From a virus (Duplodnaviria; Heunggongvirae; Uroviricota; Caudoviricetes), in the IMG/VR virus record IMGVR_UViG_2671180846_000020: DNA of 29,281 nt; one strand, written 5' to 3'. Within the stretch, counting starts at the first letter, position 1. Every line of letters starts with the position of its first letter. The notes under the pieces are model-generated. The model had not been told where the DNA came from, searched no databases, and worked only from the letters and a program-made list of their open reading frames with translations. Below, piece by piece: positions 7,319 through 16,790 of the stretch. The position numbers were made by a program, and so were the translations under genes.

Positions 7319-7570
7319 ATGATGAACATCGAAGAACTGCGTAAAATTTTTTGTGAAGATGGCCTCTATGCTGTGTGCGTTGAAAATGGAAATCTTGTTA
7401 GTCATTACCGCATTATGTGTTTGCGAAAGAATGGGGCTGCGTTAATTAATTTTGTGGATGCTCGGGTCACGGACGGATTTATCTTGCGCGAAGGTGAGTT
7501 TGTCACTTCATTACAGGCATTGAAAGAGATCGGAATAAAAGCTGGCTTTTCTGCTTTTTCAGGAGAATAA
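7319..7570 (+). CDS. rem: Rem-like small protein, 83 aa
   Basis: 83-aa ORF with a GGAAGGA SD; length and position between hok and the DUF968 gene match rem of Qin. The sequence itself was not verified against a reference. Confidence 0.5.
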   Translation: MMNIEELRKIFCEDGLYAVCVENGNLVSHYRIMCLRKNGAALINFVDARVTDGFILREGEFVTSLQALKEIGIKAGFSAFSGE

Positions 7571-7636
7571 ACTCATCTACAATCTTGCGCGGGGCTGAAC
7601 TCCCGCTGAGTAACACCGTGCCACCGGAGAAAACCG

Positions 7637-7915
7637 ATGGCACGCAACGCAAAATATTACAATTCTGATAATTCGCCCGTTCTTGCCTGCACGCACGGGC
7701 GGTATTCTCACGCATTCAAGTCTGAATGGTTCCAGCACCCTCCATGCACTGCAGAACAGGCCGAATGGCTGATTCATTCTTACCGCAGGCGCGGGTTCGA
7801 GGTTAAGAAAGCTCTCAGTCTCGACTATCGGCACTGGATAATCTCTGTCAGGCTGCCTTATTCCGAACGCCCACCACGTGCGTCCCGCACTTTCCAGCAA
7901 CGGATCTGGAGGTAA
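7637..7915 (+). CDS. hypothetical protein, 92 aa, translationally coupled to the downstream DUF968 gene
   Basis: Its TAA stop (7913-7915) overlaps the GGAGGT SD of the next gene, whose GTG start is at 7917. Confidence 0.45.
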   Translation: MARNAKYYNSDNSPVLACTHGRYSHAFKSEWFQHPPCTAEQAEWLIHSYRRRGFEVKKALSLDYRHWIISVRLPYSERPPRASRTFQQRIWR

Positions 7916-7916
7916 C

Positions 7917-8966
7917 GTGCGGGTATTACTTAGACCTGTTCTGGTGCCTGAGCTTGGGCTGGTGGTCCTTAAGCCGGGCCGTGAATCCATACAGATATTT
8001 CATAATCCTCGAGTGCTGGTGGAACCGGAACCAAAAAGCATGCGTAATCTGCCATCCGGAGTCGTTCCTGCCGTTCGCCAGCCGCTGGCGGAAGACAAAA
8101 CATTGCTGCCGTTTTTTAGTAACGAACGGGTGATTCGTGCTGCTGGCGGCGTTGGCGCATTGTCCGACTGGCTATTACGTCATGTTACATCCTGCCAGTG
8201 GCCTAATGGCGATTACCATCACACTGAAACAGTCATTCACCGTTATGGTACCGGCGCAATGGTGTTGTGCTGGCACTGCGACAACCAACTGCGTGACCAG
8301 ACATCGGAATCACTGGAGCTGCTTGCTCAACAAAATCTGACAGCATGGGTGATTGACGTCATCCGTCACGCAATAAGCGGTACGCAGGAGCGGGAATTAT
8401 CTTTGGCTGAATTATCCTGGTGGGCGGTCTGCAATCAGGTGGTGGATGCACTACCTGAGGCTGTATCGCGTCGTTCGCTGGGATTACCAGCGGAAAAAAT
8501 CTGCTCGGTGTACCGCGAAAGCGACATCGTACCGGGAGAGCAGACCGCCACCAGCATATTGAAACAACGCACAAAAAATCTTGCACCGTTGCCTTACGCC
8601 CACCAGCAACAAAAATCACCACAGGAAAAGACGGTGGTAAGCATCACCGTTGATCCAGAGTCTCCGGAATCTTTCATGAAGCTGCCTAAACGTCGCCGCT
8701 GGGTTAAGGAGAAATACACACGTTGGGTTAAGACACAGCCGTGTGCTTGCTGCGGTATGCCAGCCGACGATCCGCATCATCTGATTGGTCACGGGCAGGG
8801 CGGAATGGGAACAAAAGCACATGATCTCTTTGTGTTGCCTTTGTGCAGAAAGCATCACAACGAGCTGCATACGGATACAGTGGCATTTGAAGATAAGTAT
8901 GGCTCCCAACTGGAGCTGATATTTCGTTTTATCGATCGCGCGCTGGCAATTGGCGTACTGGCGTAA
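7917..8966 (+). CDS. DUF968-type protein with C-terminal HNH-like zinc motif (YdfU-like)
   Basis: A GTG start at 7917 gives 349 aa. The C-terminus carries QPCACCGMPADDPHHLIGHGQGG ... LPLCRKHHNELH, an HNH-nuclease-like Cys/His arrangement, and there is a second CxxC (CWHC) earlier. Confidence 0.65.
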   Translation: MRVLLRPVLVPELGLVVLKPGRESIQIFHNPRVLVEPEPKSMRNLPSGVVPAVRQPLAEDKTLLPFFSNERVIRAAGGVGALSDWLLRHVTSCQWPNGDYHHTETVIHRYGTGAMVLCWHCDNQLRDQTSESLELLAQQNLTAWVIDVIRHAISGTQERELSLAELSWWAVCNQVVDALPEAVSRRSLGLPAEKICSVYRESDIVPGEQTATSILKQRTKNLAPLPYAHQQQKSPQEKTVVSITVDPESPESFMKLPKRRRWVKEKYTRWVKTQPCACCGMPADDPHHLIGHGQGGMGTKAHDLFVLPLCRKHHNELHTDTVAFEDKYGSQLELIFRFIDRALAIGVLA

Positions 8967-8979
8967 GTGGAGAACGAGC

Positions 8980-9732
8980 ATGAACCTTGAAGCCTTACCA
9001 AAATATTACTCCCCAAAATCTCCAAAATTGAGCGATGACGCTCCAGCGACAGGCACCGGTTGTTTAACAATTACGGATGTAATGGCAGCGCAGGGGATGG
9101 TGCAGTCGAAAGCACCACTTGGGTTGGCCTTATTTCTGGCAAAAGTTGGTGTTCAGGACCCTCAGTTTGCGATTGAAGGCCTGCTAAATTACGCGATGGC
9201 ACTGGATAACCCGACATTGAACAAATTGAGTGAAGAAATCCGGTTACAGATTATTCCTTACCTCGTGAATTTTGCCTTTGCTGATTACTCCAGGTCTGCG
9301 GCAAGTAAGGCTCGCTGTGAGCATTGTTCAGGTACGGGATTTTATAATGTATTGCGCGAAGTGGTGAAACACTACCGACGCGGGGAATCTGTAATCAAGG
9401 AAGAATGGGTGAAGGAACTATGTCAGCATTGCCATGGTAAGGGTGAAGTCAGCACAGCGTGCAGAGGGTGTAAGGGTAAAGGGATTGTTCTGGATGAAAA
9501 AAGAACCCGGTTTCATGGCGTACCGGTATATAAGATTTGTGGGCGTTGTAATGGAAACCGGTTTAGTCGTTTACCGACCACGCTGGCACGACGTCATGTC
9601 CAGAAGCTGGTACCAGACCTGACCGATTATCAGTGGTATAAGGGGTATGCGGACGTCATTGGTAAACTGGTAACAAAGTGCTGGCAGGAAGAAGCATACG
9701 CGGAAGCGCAATTGAGGAAGGTGACGAGATAA
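8980..9732 (+). CDS. late-gene antiterminator Q (phage 82/21 type)
   Basis: Positioned just upstream of a terminator and the lysis genes, with multiple CxxC zinc-binding pairs (CEHCSG, CQHCHG, CRGCKG, CGRCNG). Start taken at MNLEALPKYY. Confidence 0.7.
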   Translation: MNLEALPKYYSPKSPKLSDDAPATGTGCLTITDVMAAQGMVQSKAPLGLALFLAKVGVQDPQFAIEGLLNYAMALDNPTLNKLSEEIRLQIIPYLVNFAFADYSRSAASKARCEHCSGTGFYNVLREVVKHYRRGESVIKEEWVKELCQHCHGKGEVSTACRGCKGKGIVLDEKRTRFHGVPVYKICGRCNGNRFSRLPTTLARRHVQKLVPDLTDYQWYKGYADVIGKLVTKCWQEEAYAEAQLRKVTR

Positions 9733-9837
9733 ATGATTTTTGCTGAAGATGGCGACATGATGTTTGCATTTTTCAAAAAATATGGATAAAATTTTTTCAA
9801 CGATGGGCTTTGTATACCCGACGTTAAGAAAAAGTAG

Positions 9838-9868
9838 AAAACCCGCTGATGAGCGGGTTTTGTGCTTT
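9838..9868 (+). terminator. rho-independent terminator downstream of Q (tR'-like)
   Basis: Hairpin CCCGCT-GATG-AGCGGG followed by TTTTGTGCTTT, about 105 nt after the Q stop. Confidence 0.6.
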
Positions 9869-10153
9869 AAATGGGGCAATGGTAATGTTGAATCTCATCC
9901 CGGGACTCATGTCTGTTAACTTATTATTTAGCTGGTGACTTGGTTATTTGCCTGATGTTTAAAATGTTTTCTTCCAGTACAATGTCCCTAAACACAATGA
10001 GTCTGCTTATTATATTATTAGCAGAGCTATTACGGCCAAAGTACAGCATAAGCTTTTAAAGCCAATCAACCAGTCATCAAGACAGACGGGGTTATTCATA
10101 AAAACTCTCCATGTGTGATCCGATGGGGCCTGAAATTAAAGCTTTAATATAGC

Positions 10154-10366
10154 TCATGAAAGGTAAACATTGGCAGCTGAAGGGCCACGCAGACCATTTA
10201 TCCGGCAAAATTCCACGCGTAATCCGGTGGTAATTTCTTCTGCATCGCGGAGATTGAGCGCTGAAACATGAAGCTGGACATCGATACGACCATCGGATGG
10301 GGTGATAAGACCCTTGCCGCTTTTGCCGTCAAAGGTTTTGACAATTCCTGTCATTTTACGGGACAA
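10154..10366 (-). CDS. cspF: cold-shock-domain protein (CspF/CspH-like)
   Basis: 70-aa cold-shock-domain protein [26 protein letters not shown]..., divergent from the cspB-like gene. Confidence 0.75.
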
Positions 10367-10666
10367 AAAAATTCCTTAATACTGATAACTTGGCGCACTA
10401 TACACACGTTCCTGAAGAAAGCTATAGTTTTTTGATGGGGTTGAAGATGGCTGGATGTCTAAAATAAACATTGCTTCATATGTTCAACTATGCGTTAATG
10501 ATTGCGTCGGTTTGAAGAACAGACGATATACGAAGTAGTTTACTAAAGCAGTTCTCATTTCAGGTGTTATTCACTTATTCCTTCTTTGAGTCTCTCCAAT
10601 TAAGTACGAAGTCGTTTCTGTTATGCAAACCATTTATGCCGAAAGGCTCAAGTTAAGGAATGTAGA

Positions 10667-10882
10667 ATGTCAAATAAAATGACTGGTTTAGTAAAATGGT
10701 TTAACGCTGATAAAGGTTTCGGCTTTATTTCTCCTGTTGATGGTAGTAAAGATGTGTTTGTGCATTTTTCTGCGATTCAGAATGATAATTATCGAACCTT
10801 ATTTGAAGGTCAAAAGGTTACCTTCTCTATAGAGAGAGGTGCTAAAGGTCCTGCAGCAGCAAATGTCATCATTACTGATTAA
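10667..10882 (+). CDS. cspB: cold shock protein CspB-like
   Basis: 71-aa protein [38 protein letters not shown]... with the RNP motifs of CspA-family proteins; long upstream leader. Confidence 0.8.
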   Translation: MSNKMTGLVKWFNADKGFGFISPVDGSKDVFVHFSAIQNDNYRTLFEGQKVTFSIERGAKGPAAANVIITD

Positions 10883-11163
10883 AATTCATCGCTCGTCTGT
10901 ATACGATAACGAAGAAGGCTGATGCCTGAGTAGAGATACGGACAGAGTAGTGAATATTGGATCTCTTTAATAAAAAGTAAGGAGGTCCAATACATGAAAC
11001 AATGGCTAGCATATTTGGCAAAATCTTAATCAGGAAAAGTATGCTAACCATTGTGGTGAAGTGCAGGTTTGCTGCATGAATAGTTTCACAGCAGAAGCTA
11101 ACTGCTGGCATCGCAAAACAAAGTGCGTAAGTGGATGACTCCCACAAAAAGCACCACAATCTC

Positions 11164-11190
11164 AAACCCGCTCAGGCGGGTTTTTTATTA
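11164..11190 (+). terminator. rho-independent terminator
   Basis: Hairpin CCCGC-TCAG-GCGGG followed by TTTTTTATT, about 280 nt downstream of the cspB stop. Confidence 0.55.
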
Positions 11191-11245
11191 TCTGCTTTAA
11201 ATATATTATTAAAATATAAAAAATACTTGTTACTAATAAAATCAA

Positions 11246-11416
11246 TCAGGCTACAGCTTTAAGATTTGTCTGGAATACTTTGTTGCAATGAGGGCAGATC
11301 AAAAGGGCACCTTTTTGTACTCTTGAAAAACTGTGTTCTGACTCTTGGGTGCAGTTTGGGCAGGAACATTTAACGAGATAATTACGGCGTGATTTTGAGT
11401 CTTTACGTTCTGACAT
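11246..11416 (-). CDS. small zinc-ribbon protein, 56 aa (absent from the ORF track)
   Basis: Read directly from the minus strand: MSERKDSKSRRNYLVKCSCPNCTQESEHSFSRVQKGALLICPHCNKVFQTNLKAVA, with two Cys pairs (CSCPNC, CPHC) and an AGGAAAA SD upstream of the ATG. Confidence 0.45.
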   Translation of the reverse strand: MSERKDSKSRRNYLVKCSCPNCTQESEHSFSRVQKGALLICPHCNKVFQTNLKAVA

Positions 11417-11635
11417 AGGCTTTTCCTGTATAATGGCCGTATACAGTACACTAAATATGAAAACATTTCTCGTATTATTATTTTATATATGACTTTCTTT
11501 CAAAATAATTACTCACATTTTTAATGTGTATGTTTCTTTAGCGCCGTTGAGAACAACGTGTGCTGTCAAAACTACCCCGTAGACTCCGATCTTTTTCAAA
11601 CATATTGCACCATCCGTGTACATCGGGGTGAGGAT

Positions 11636-11851
11636 ATGAAATCAATGGATAAGTTAACAACAGGTGTTGCCTATGGCACATCGGCGGGTAATGCTGGTTT
11701 CTGGGCATTACAGTTACTCGATAAAGTAACTCCGTCACAGTGGGCTGCAATCGGTGTGCTGGGTAGCCTGGTTTTTGGCCTGCTGACGTATCTGACAAAT
11801 CTTTATTTCAAGATTAAAGAAGACAGGCGTAAGGCTGCGAGAGGAGAGTAA
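11636..11851 (+). CDS. class II holin, phage 21 S-type pinholin
   Basis: 71-aa protein with a dual-start MKSM motif, two TM segments and a basic C-terminus ([13 protein letters not shown]); it precedes a SAR endolysin. Confidence 0.8.
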   Translation: MKSMDKLTTGVAYGTSAGNAGFWALQLLDKVTPSQWAAIGVLGSLVFGLLTYLTNLYFKIKEDRRKAARGE

Positions 11852-11855
11852 TCCA

Positions 11856-12163
11856 ATGACTCAAGACTATGAACTGGTTGTGAAAGGAGTCCGTAATTTT
11901 GAGAATAAAGTTACGGTAACTGTAGCCTTACAGGACAAGGAACGCTTTGACGGTGAAATTTTTGACCTGGATGTCGCCATGGACCGTGTTGAAGGAGCTG
12001 CGCTGGAGTTTTATGAGGCAGCAGCCAGAAGGAGCGTCCGGCAAGTCTTCCTGGAAGTAGCAGAAAAATTGTCAGAAAAAGTTGAGTCTTATCTGCAGCA
12101 TCAGTACTCCTTTAAGATTGAAAATCCTGCCAATAAGCACGAGCGTCCTCATCATAAATATAT

Positions 12164-12167
<4 letters not shown>
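11856..12167 (+). CDS. moron protein between holin and endolysin (YdfR-like, 103 aa)
   Basis: 103-aa soluble ORF inserted between S and R; the same size and position as ydfR in Qin. Confidence 0.55.
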
Positions 12168-13191
<1,024 letters not shown>

Positions 13192-13553
13192 GGTAATATT
13201 AAATCGGAACATTTACATCGCGGAATGTAAAATTTAAATAAAAAGGACTCTTCCATGAGCCAAAATTCCTGAAATCTTAAGGGTAAGATAAAAGGTCTTA
13301 ATCAGAATGACACGTTTTATTAATAAATAAAGCTATTCTTTCATTGCTGTGTTTTTCTTTACAAAAGTAATCCTTGCTATGGGTGGTTAATCATGCGTTA
13401 ATGGTGTTCTGGTTTGTTACAAATTTATCTGAAGCAGTCATTGTTATAATTTTATTATTTGTACCTCTTGAGATTTCCTTGTTGGTTTTTCTCTCTGATA
13501 TTTTTTTTCGGACCATTCTGCCCAAGGGCTAATTTCTTCAAAAGGTAATAATT

Positions 13554-13766
13554 ATGTCTAACAAAATGACTGGTTTAGTGAAATGGTTTAACCCTGAAAA
13601 AGGTTTTGGTTTCATCACGCCGAAAGATGGCAGCAAAGATGTGTTTGTCCATTTCTCAGCAATTCAGAGCAACGATTTCAAAACATTAACTGAGAATCAG
13701 GAAGTTGAATTTGGTATTGAGAACGGACCTAAAGGTCCTGCCGCTGTTCATGTAGTGGCGCTTTGA
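13554..13766 (+). CDS. cspI: cold shock protein CspI-like
   Basis: 70-aa protein [70 protein letters not shown]; long AT-rich leader upstream. Confidence 0.85.
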   Translation: MSNKMTGLVKWFNPEKGFGFITPKDGSKDVFVHFSAIQSNDFKTLTENQEVEFGIENGPKGPAAVHVVAL

Positions 13767-13967
13767 GGTAGACAATATTACAAACCATATTCACTTTAGA
13801 TGCCCGTGTTGTCATGGTTCCCAGTATAGAACATCATCTTTTGATGTTTCTGACATGAATCCTTTCGGGGCAAAATGTATCTTTTGTAAATCAATGATGA
13901 TTACATTTGATAATATTTCACAATACTTAAATGCCAGCCGTCTGTCGTTGGATTTAAAAAAGTGAAA

Positions 13968-13995
13968 ATGAAGGCTCCTTCGGGAGCTTTTTTGC
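13968..13995 (+). terminator. rho-independent terminator
   Basis: Hairpin GGCTCC-TTCG-GGAGC followed by TTTTTTGC. Confidence 0.6.
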
Positions 13996-14037
13996 TTGGT
14001 ATCTATTCGATGGATACTCACATACTACGGTAACATC

Positions 14038-14268
14038 ATGAAAAAAATCATAGTTTTTTTTAACTCTGAACCAGCAGTGGTAGTGCCAGCGATGACTGGA
14101 GTTAACACCATCATGCGTGAATATCCAAATGGCGAAAAAACACACCTTACTGTAATGGCCGCAGGGTTTCCATCTCTGACCGGAGATCATAAAGTCATTT
14201 ATGTAGCCGCGGATCGACATGTTACTTCAGAAGAAATTCTGGAAGCAGCAATAAGGCTCTTGAGTTGA
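14038..14268 (+). CDS. hypothetical small protein, 76 aa
   Basis: ORF beginning MKKIIVFFNSEPAVVVPAMTG; no recognisable motif. Confidence 0.45.
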   Translation: MKKIIVFFNSEPAVVVPAMTGVNTIMREYPNGEKTHLTVMAAGFPSLTGDHKVIYVAADRHVTSEEILEAAIRLLS

Positions 14269-14436
14269 TTTGATGCTATTGTATTGATAATTCAGGAAAA
14301 TTCTCTTTGTCTGTTTGTGTAAAATTTAGACTATCGTATGTTGATTATTGCGATGTTTCATCTTATCTTTTACACGTTTGCACCATATAATCGACTTACT
14401 GTGTAACTGGAAAGTCATAACAGACTAAAAGAGGAA

Positions 14437-14613
14437 ATGATGAATATTGAAAACTTAAAAACAAAAGCAGAAGCAGATATTTCTGAATATATAACAAAAA
14501 AAATTATTGAACTTAAGAAAAAGACCGGGAAAGAAGTTACCAGTATTCAGTTTACCGCACGGGAAAAAATGACGGGTCTTGAAAGCTATGATGTCAAGAT
14601 TAATTTAATCTGA
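14437..14613 (+). CDS. gnsB: GnsA/GnsB-family small protein (absent from the ORF track)
   Basis: Read directly: MMNIENLKTKAEADISEYITKKIIELKKKTGKEVTSIQFTAREKMTGLESYDVKINLI (58 aa from ATG 14437, 57 aa from ATG 14440), with an AAAAGAGGAA SD. Confidence 0.75.
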   Translation: MMNIENLKTKAEADISEYITKKIIELKKKTGKEVTSIQFTAREKMTGLESYDVKINLI

Positions 14614-14764
14614 TGTATTCAATAATAAAATTTATCCATAAACCTCGTTTTTTCGGGGTTTTGTTATATTTGAATGGTTCCGAATATCTAAATCACAATT
14701 GTTGATGGTTTTTATTAAACCAATGCAGTCCGGCTCAGGAGTGAGAGAAGCCGGACGTTATGGT

Positions 14765-15175
14765 TTAGCGTGGTAAGATCTGTGTAGTTTTCTGGATGCT
14801 TTCAGTAAATAGTAATGAGTTATCAAAGGCATAGTAATATCTTTGGTGTTCCTGGATATTTGTAACCCATCGGAAAACTCCTGCTTTAGCAAGATTTTCC
14901 CTGTATTGTTGAAATGTGATTTCTTTTGATTTCAACTTATTATAGGAGGTCTCTATAAGATGTTTGTTTCTGGAGAATTTAACATTTACAACCTTTTTGA
15001 GTCCTTTTACTAACACTATGTTGTCGTTTTCTAACACAATGTGAATATTATCTGTGGCTAAATAGTAAATATAAAGTGAGACATTGTGACGTTTTAGCTC
15101 AGAATAAAATAATTCACAGTTTAAATCTTTACGCACTTGATCGAATATTTCTTTAAAAATGGCAGCCTGAGCCAT
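14765..15175 (-). CDS. ydfO: YdfO-like protein (DUF1398 family)
   Basis: 136-aa protein starting [33 protein letters not shown]..., recognised as the Qin ydfO product. Confidence 0.75.
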   Translation of the reverse strand: MAQAAIFKEIFDQVRKDLNCELFYSELKRHNVSLYIYYLATDNIHIVLENDNIVLVKGLKKVVNVKFSRNKHLIETSYNKLKSKEITFQQYRENLAKAGVFRWVTNIQEHQRYYYAFDNSLLFTESIQKTTQILPR

Positions 15176-15475
15176 TGGTAAACCTTCCATGTGATACGAT
15201 GGCGCGTAGTTAGCATTATCGTGTTTATTGTTTCAATCTGGTCTGACCTCTTTGTGTTTTGTTGATGATTTATGTCAAATATTAAGCCTGTTTTTAATGA
15301 ATAGTGTTGATTGCGTAACAAAATTGAGCCTTGCTGGCATCCAGGAGGGATATGCAACCGACAGATGTATGTAAGGTCGATGTACTCAAACTTTCATACT
15401 TTTCCTCTTTTATGCAGTAAGATTTGAAGTAATATTTTAACCGCTAGATGACGAGCAAACGCATGGAGCGACAAA

Positions 15476-15682
15476 ATGAATAAAGAACAATCTGCTGATG
15501 AAGTCTCGTTGGATCTGATTCGTGTAAAAAATATGCTTAATAGCACCATTTCTATGAGTTACCCGGATGTTGTAATTGCATGTATAGAACATCAGGTGTC
15601 TCTGGAAGCATTCAGGGCAATTGAGGCAGCGTTGGTGAAGCACGATAAGAATTCGAAGGATTATTCCCTGGTGGTTGACTGA
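15476..15682 (+). CDS. hypothetical small protein, 68 aa
   Basis: [29 protein letters not shown]...; no motif recognised. It lies just upstream of the cos region. Confidence 0.4.
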   Translation: MNKEQSADEVSLDLIRVKNMLNSTISMSYPDVVIACIEHQVSLEAFRAIEAALVKHDKNSKDYSLVVD

Positions 15683-16006
15683 GCACCATAACTGCTAATC
15701 ATTCAAACTATTTCACCTGTGACAGAGTCAATATCGCATTCTGTCACTGTCAGGCTAATACAGAGCTGCAATTCAACTACTGCAATGTCCTCGTAATTAG
15801 GTGAATTTACAATATCGTCCTGTTCGGATGCCGGTTGCATTGCTGAAGATGAGGCATTTATGGTTCGCATATTTTCCCCTCATGCTCGTCAGTCCTGTGC
15901 GTAGGAAGAAACAGGACACTCACACTAATTTGTGTGGGCATGCTGTGATGTCCTTCTGAATTATTCCTATGCCATTATGTAAAGCGCTGTATCAGATGCT
16001 CATCAC

Positions 16007-16034
16007 GGCTGTCAGGCTGTCAGGCTGTCGGGTC
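16007..16034. repeat. three tandem copies of an 8-bp unit (GGCTGTCA/G) upstream of cos
   Basis: GGCTGTCAGGCTGTCAGGCTGTCGGG read directly in the sequence. Confidence 0.6.
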
Positions 16035-16039
16035 CTCCC

Positions 16040-16130
16040 GGTGGGGGCCCCTGCCACGGGGCGGGAGCGTCGCGGAAAAAGGCTAGTTTTTGCATTTCCA
16101 TGGCGGCGGCAGCATGTTTGGTAATTTATT
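16040..16130. other. lambda-like cohesive-end site (cosN near 16058-16069, with flanking cosB-like region)
   Basis: ACGGGGCGGGAGCGTCGCGG...TTTTTGCATTTCC resembles the lambda cos sequence ACGGGGCGGCGACCTCGCGGGTTTTCGC...AAATTTTCC, and lies about 190 nt upstream of the Nu1-like start, as in lambda. Confidence 0.5.
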
Positions 16131-16254
16131 GATAATTAAAAGTTATTTCTCTTTTCACCTGTACAATATTTCTTTCTCCCTGTCATTAGACCAGTTTGCA
16201 ATTAATTGAAATATATAAATAAACATGATTTTCACCTGCCAGATGGAGTTGCTT

Positions 16255-16782
16255 ATGTCAAATGTGAGCGGGATCGGTGATGCTTATTACTGGAGTGTTT
16301 TTAAAATCGCTGAGGCCTTTGGGCTTCACCGGGACACAGTAAAAAAACGGCTCCTCGCGGCTAACACTCCTGTGGCTGCGACTGTCAGGGGGAACCCCGT
16401 TTACGCCCTGCAGCATGTCGGGCCAGCCCTGTTTAGTGTGAAGCATGAGGCAGCAGACTCTGTTCATGATCCATCCCGTATGGAGCCGAAAGAGAGAAAG
16501 GACTGGTACCAATCTGAAAATGAAAGGATCAAGCTGGAAAAGGAGCAGCGAAAACTCATCCCCGTTGATGAAGTAGTCATCGTCTATTCGTCCATGAGAA
16601 AGGCTGTCGTCCAGGTTCTGGAGACAATTCCGGATGTTCTTGAACGCGATTGCGCCCTGACTCCTCAGGCCGTCGGCGTTGTACAGCAGGCCATTGATGA
16701 CCTGCGATACACTCTTCAGGAAAAATCCTACGAGGCTTGTGCTGCTGAATTAATTCCTGATGAGGAAGGAGAGAGTCTCTAG
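16255..16782 (+). CDS. terminase small subunit (Nu1-like)
   Basis: First gene after cos, about 175 aa, with an N-terminal DNA-binding-like region; GGAG SD; directly precedes the large terminase. Confidence 0.75.
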   Translation: MSNVSGIGDAYYWSVFKIAEAFGLHRDTVKKRLLAANTPVAATVRGNPVYALQHVGPALFSVKHEAADSVHDPSRMEPKERKDWYQSENERIKLEKEQRKLIPVDEVVIVYSSMRKAVVQVLETIPDVLERDCALTPQAVGVVQQAIDDLRYTLQEKSYEACAAELIPDEEGESL

Positions 16783-16790
16783 GAGGAATA

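Noticed and set aside
7577-7990. Minus-strand 137-aa ORF across the 92-aa ORF and DUF968 gene start
   Set aside because: Antisense to two co-directional, translationally coupled + strand genes; Arg/Pro-rich junk composition.
13812-14021. Minus-strand 69-aa ORF spanning the terminator after the Cys-rich frame
   Set aside because: It crosses a strong intrinsic terminator hairpin and has no SD; the + strand features explain the region better.
16007-16034. Tandem GGCTGTCA repeats as a possible CRISPR array
   Set aside because: Only three 8-bp units with no spacers; far too short and contiguous for CRISPR. More likely a cos-associated repeat.
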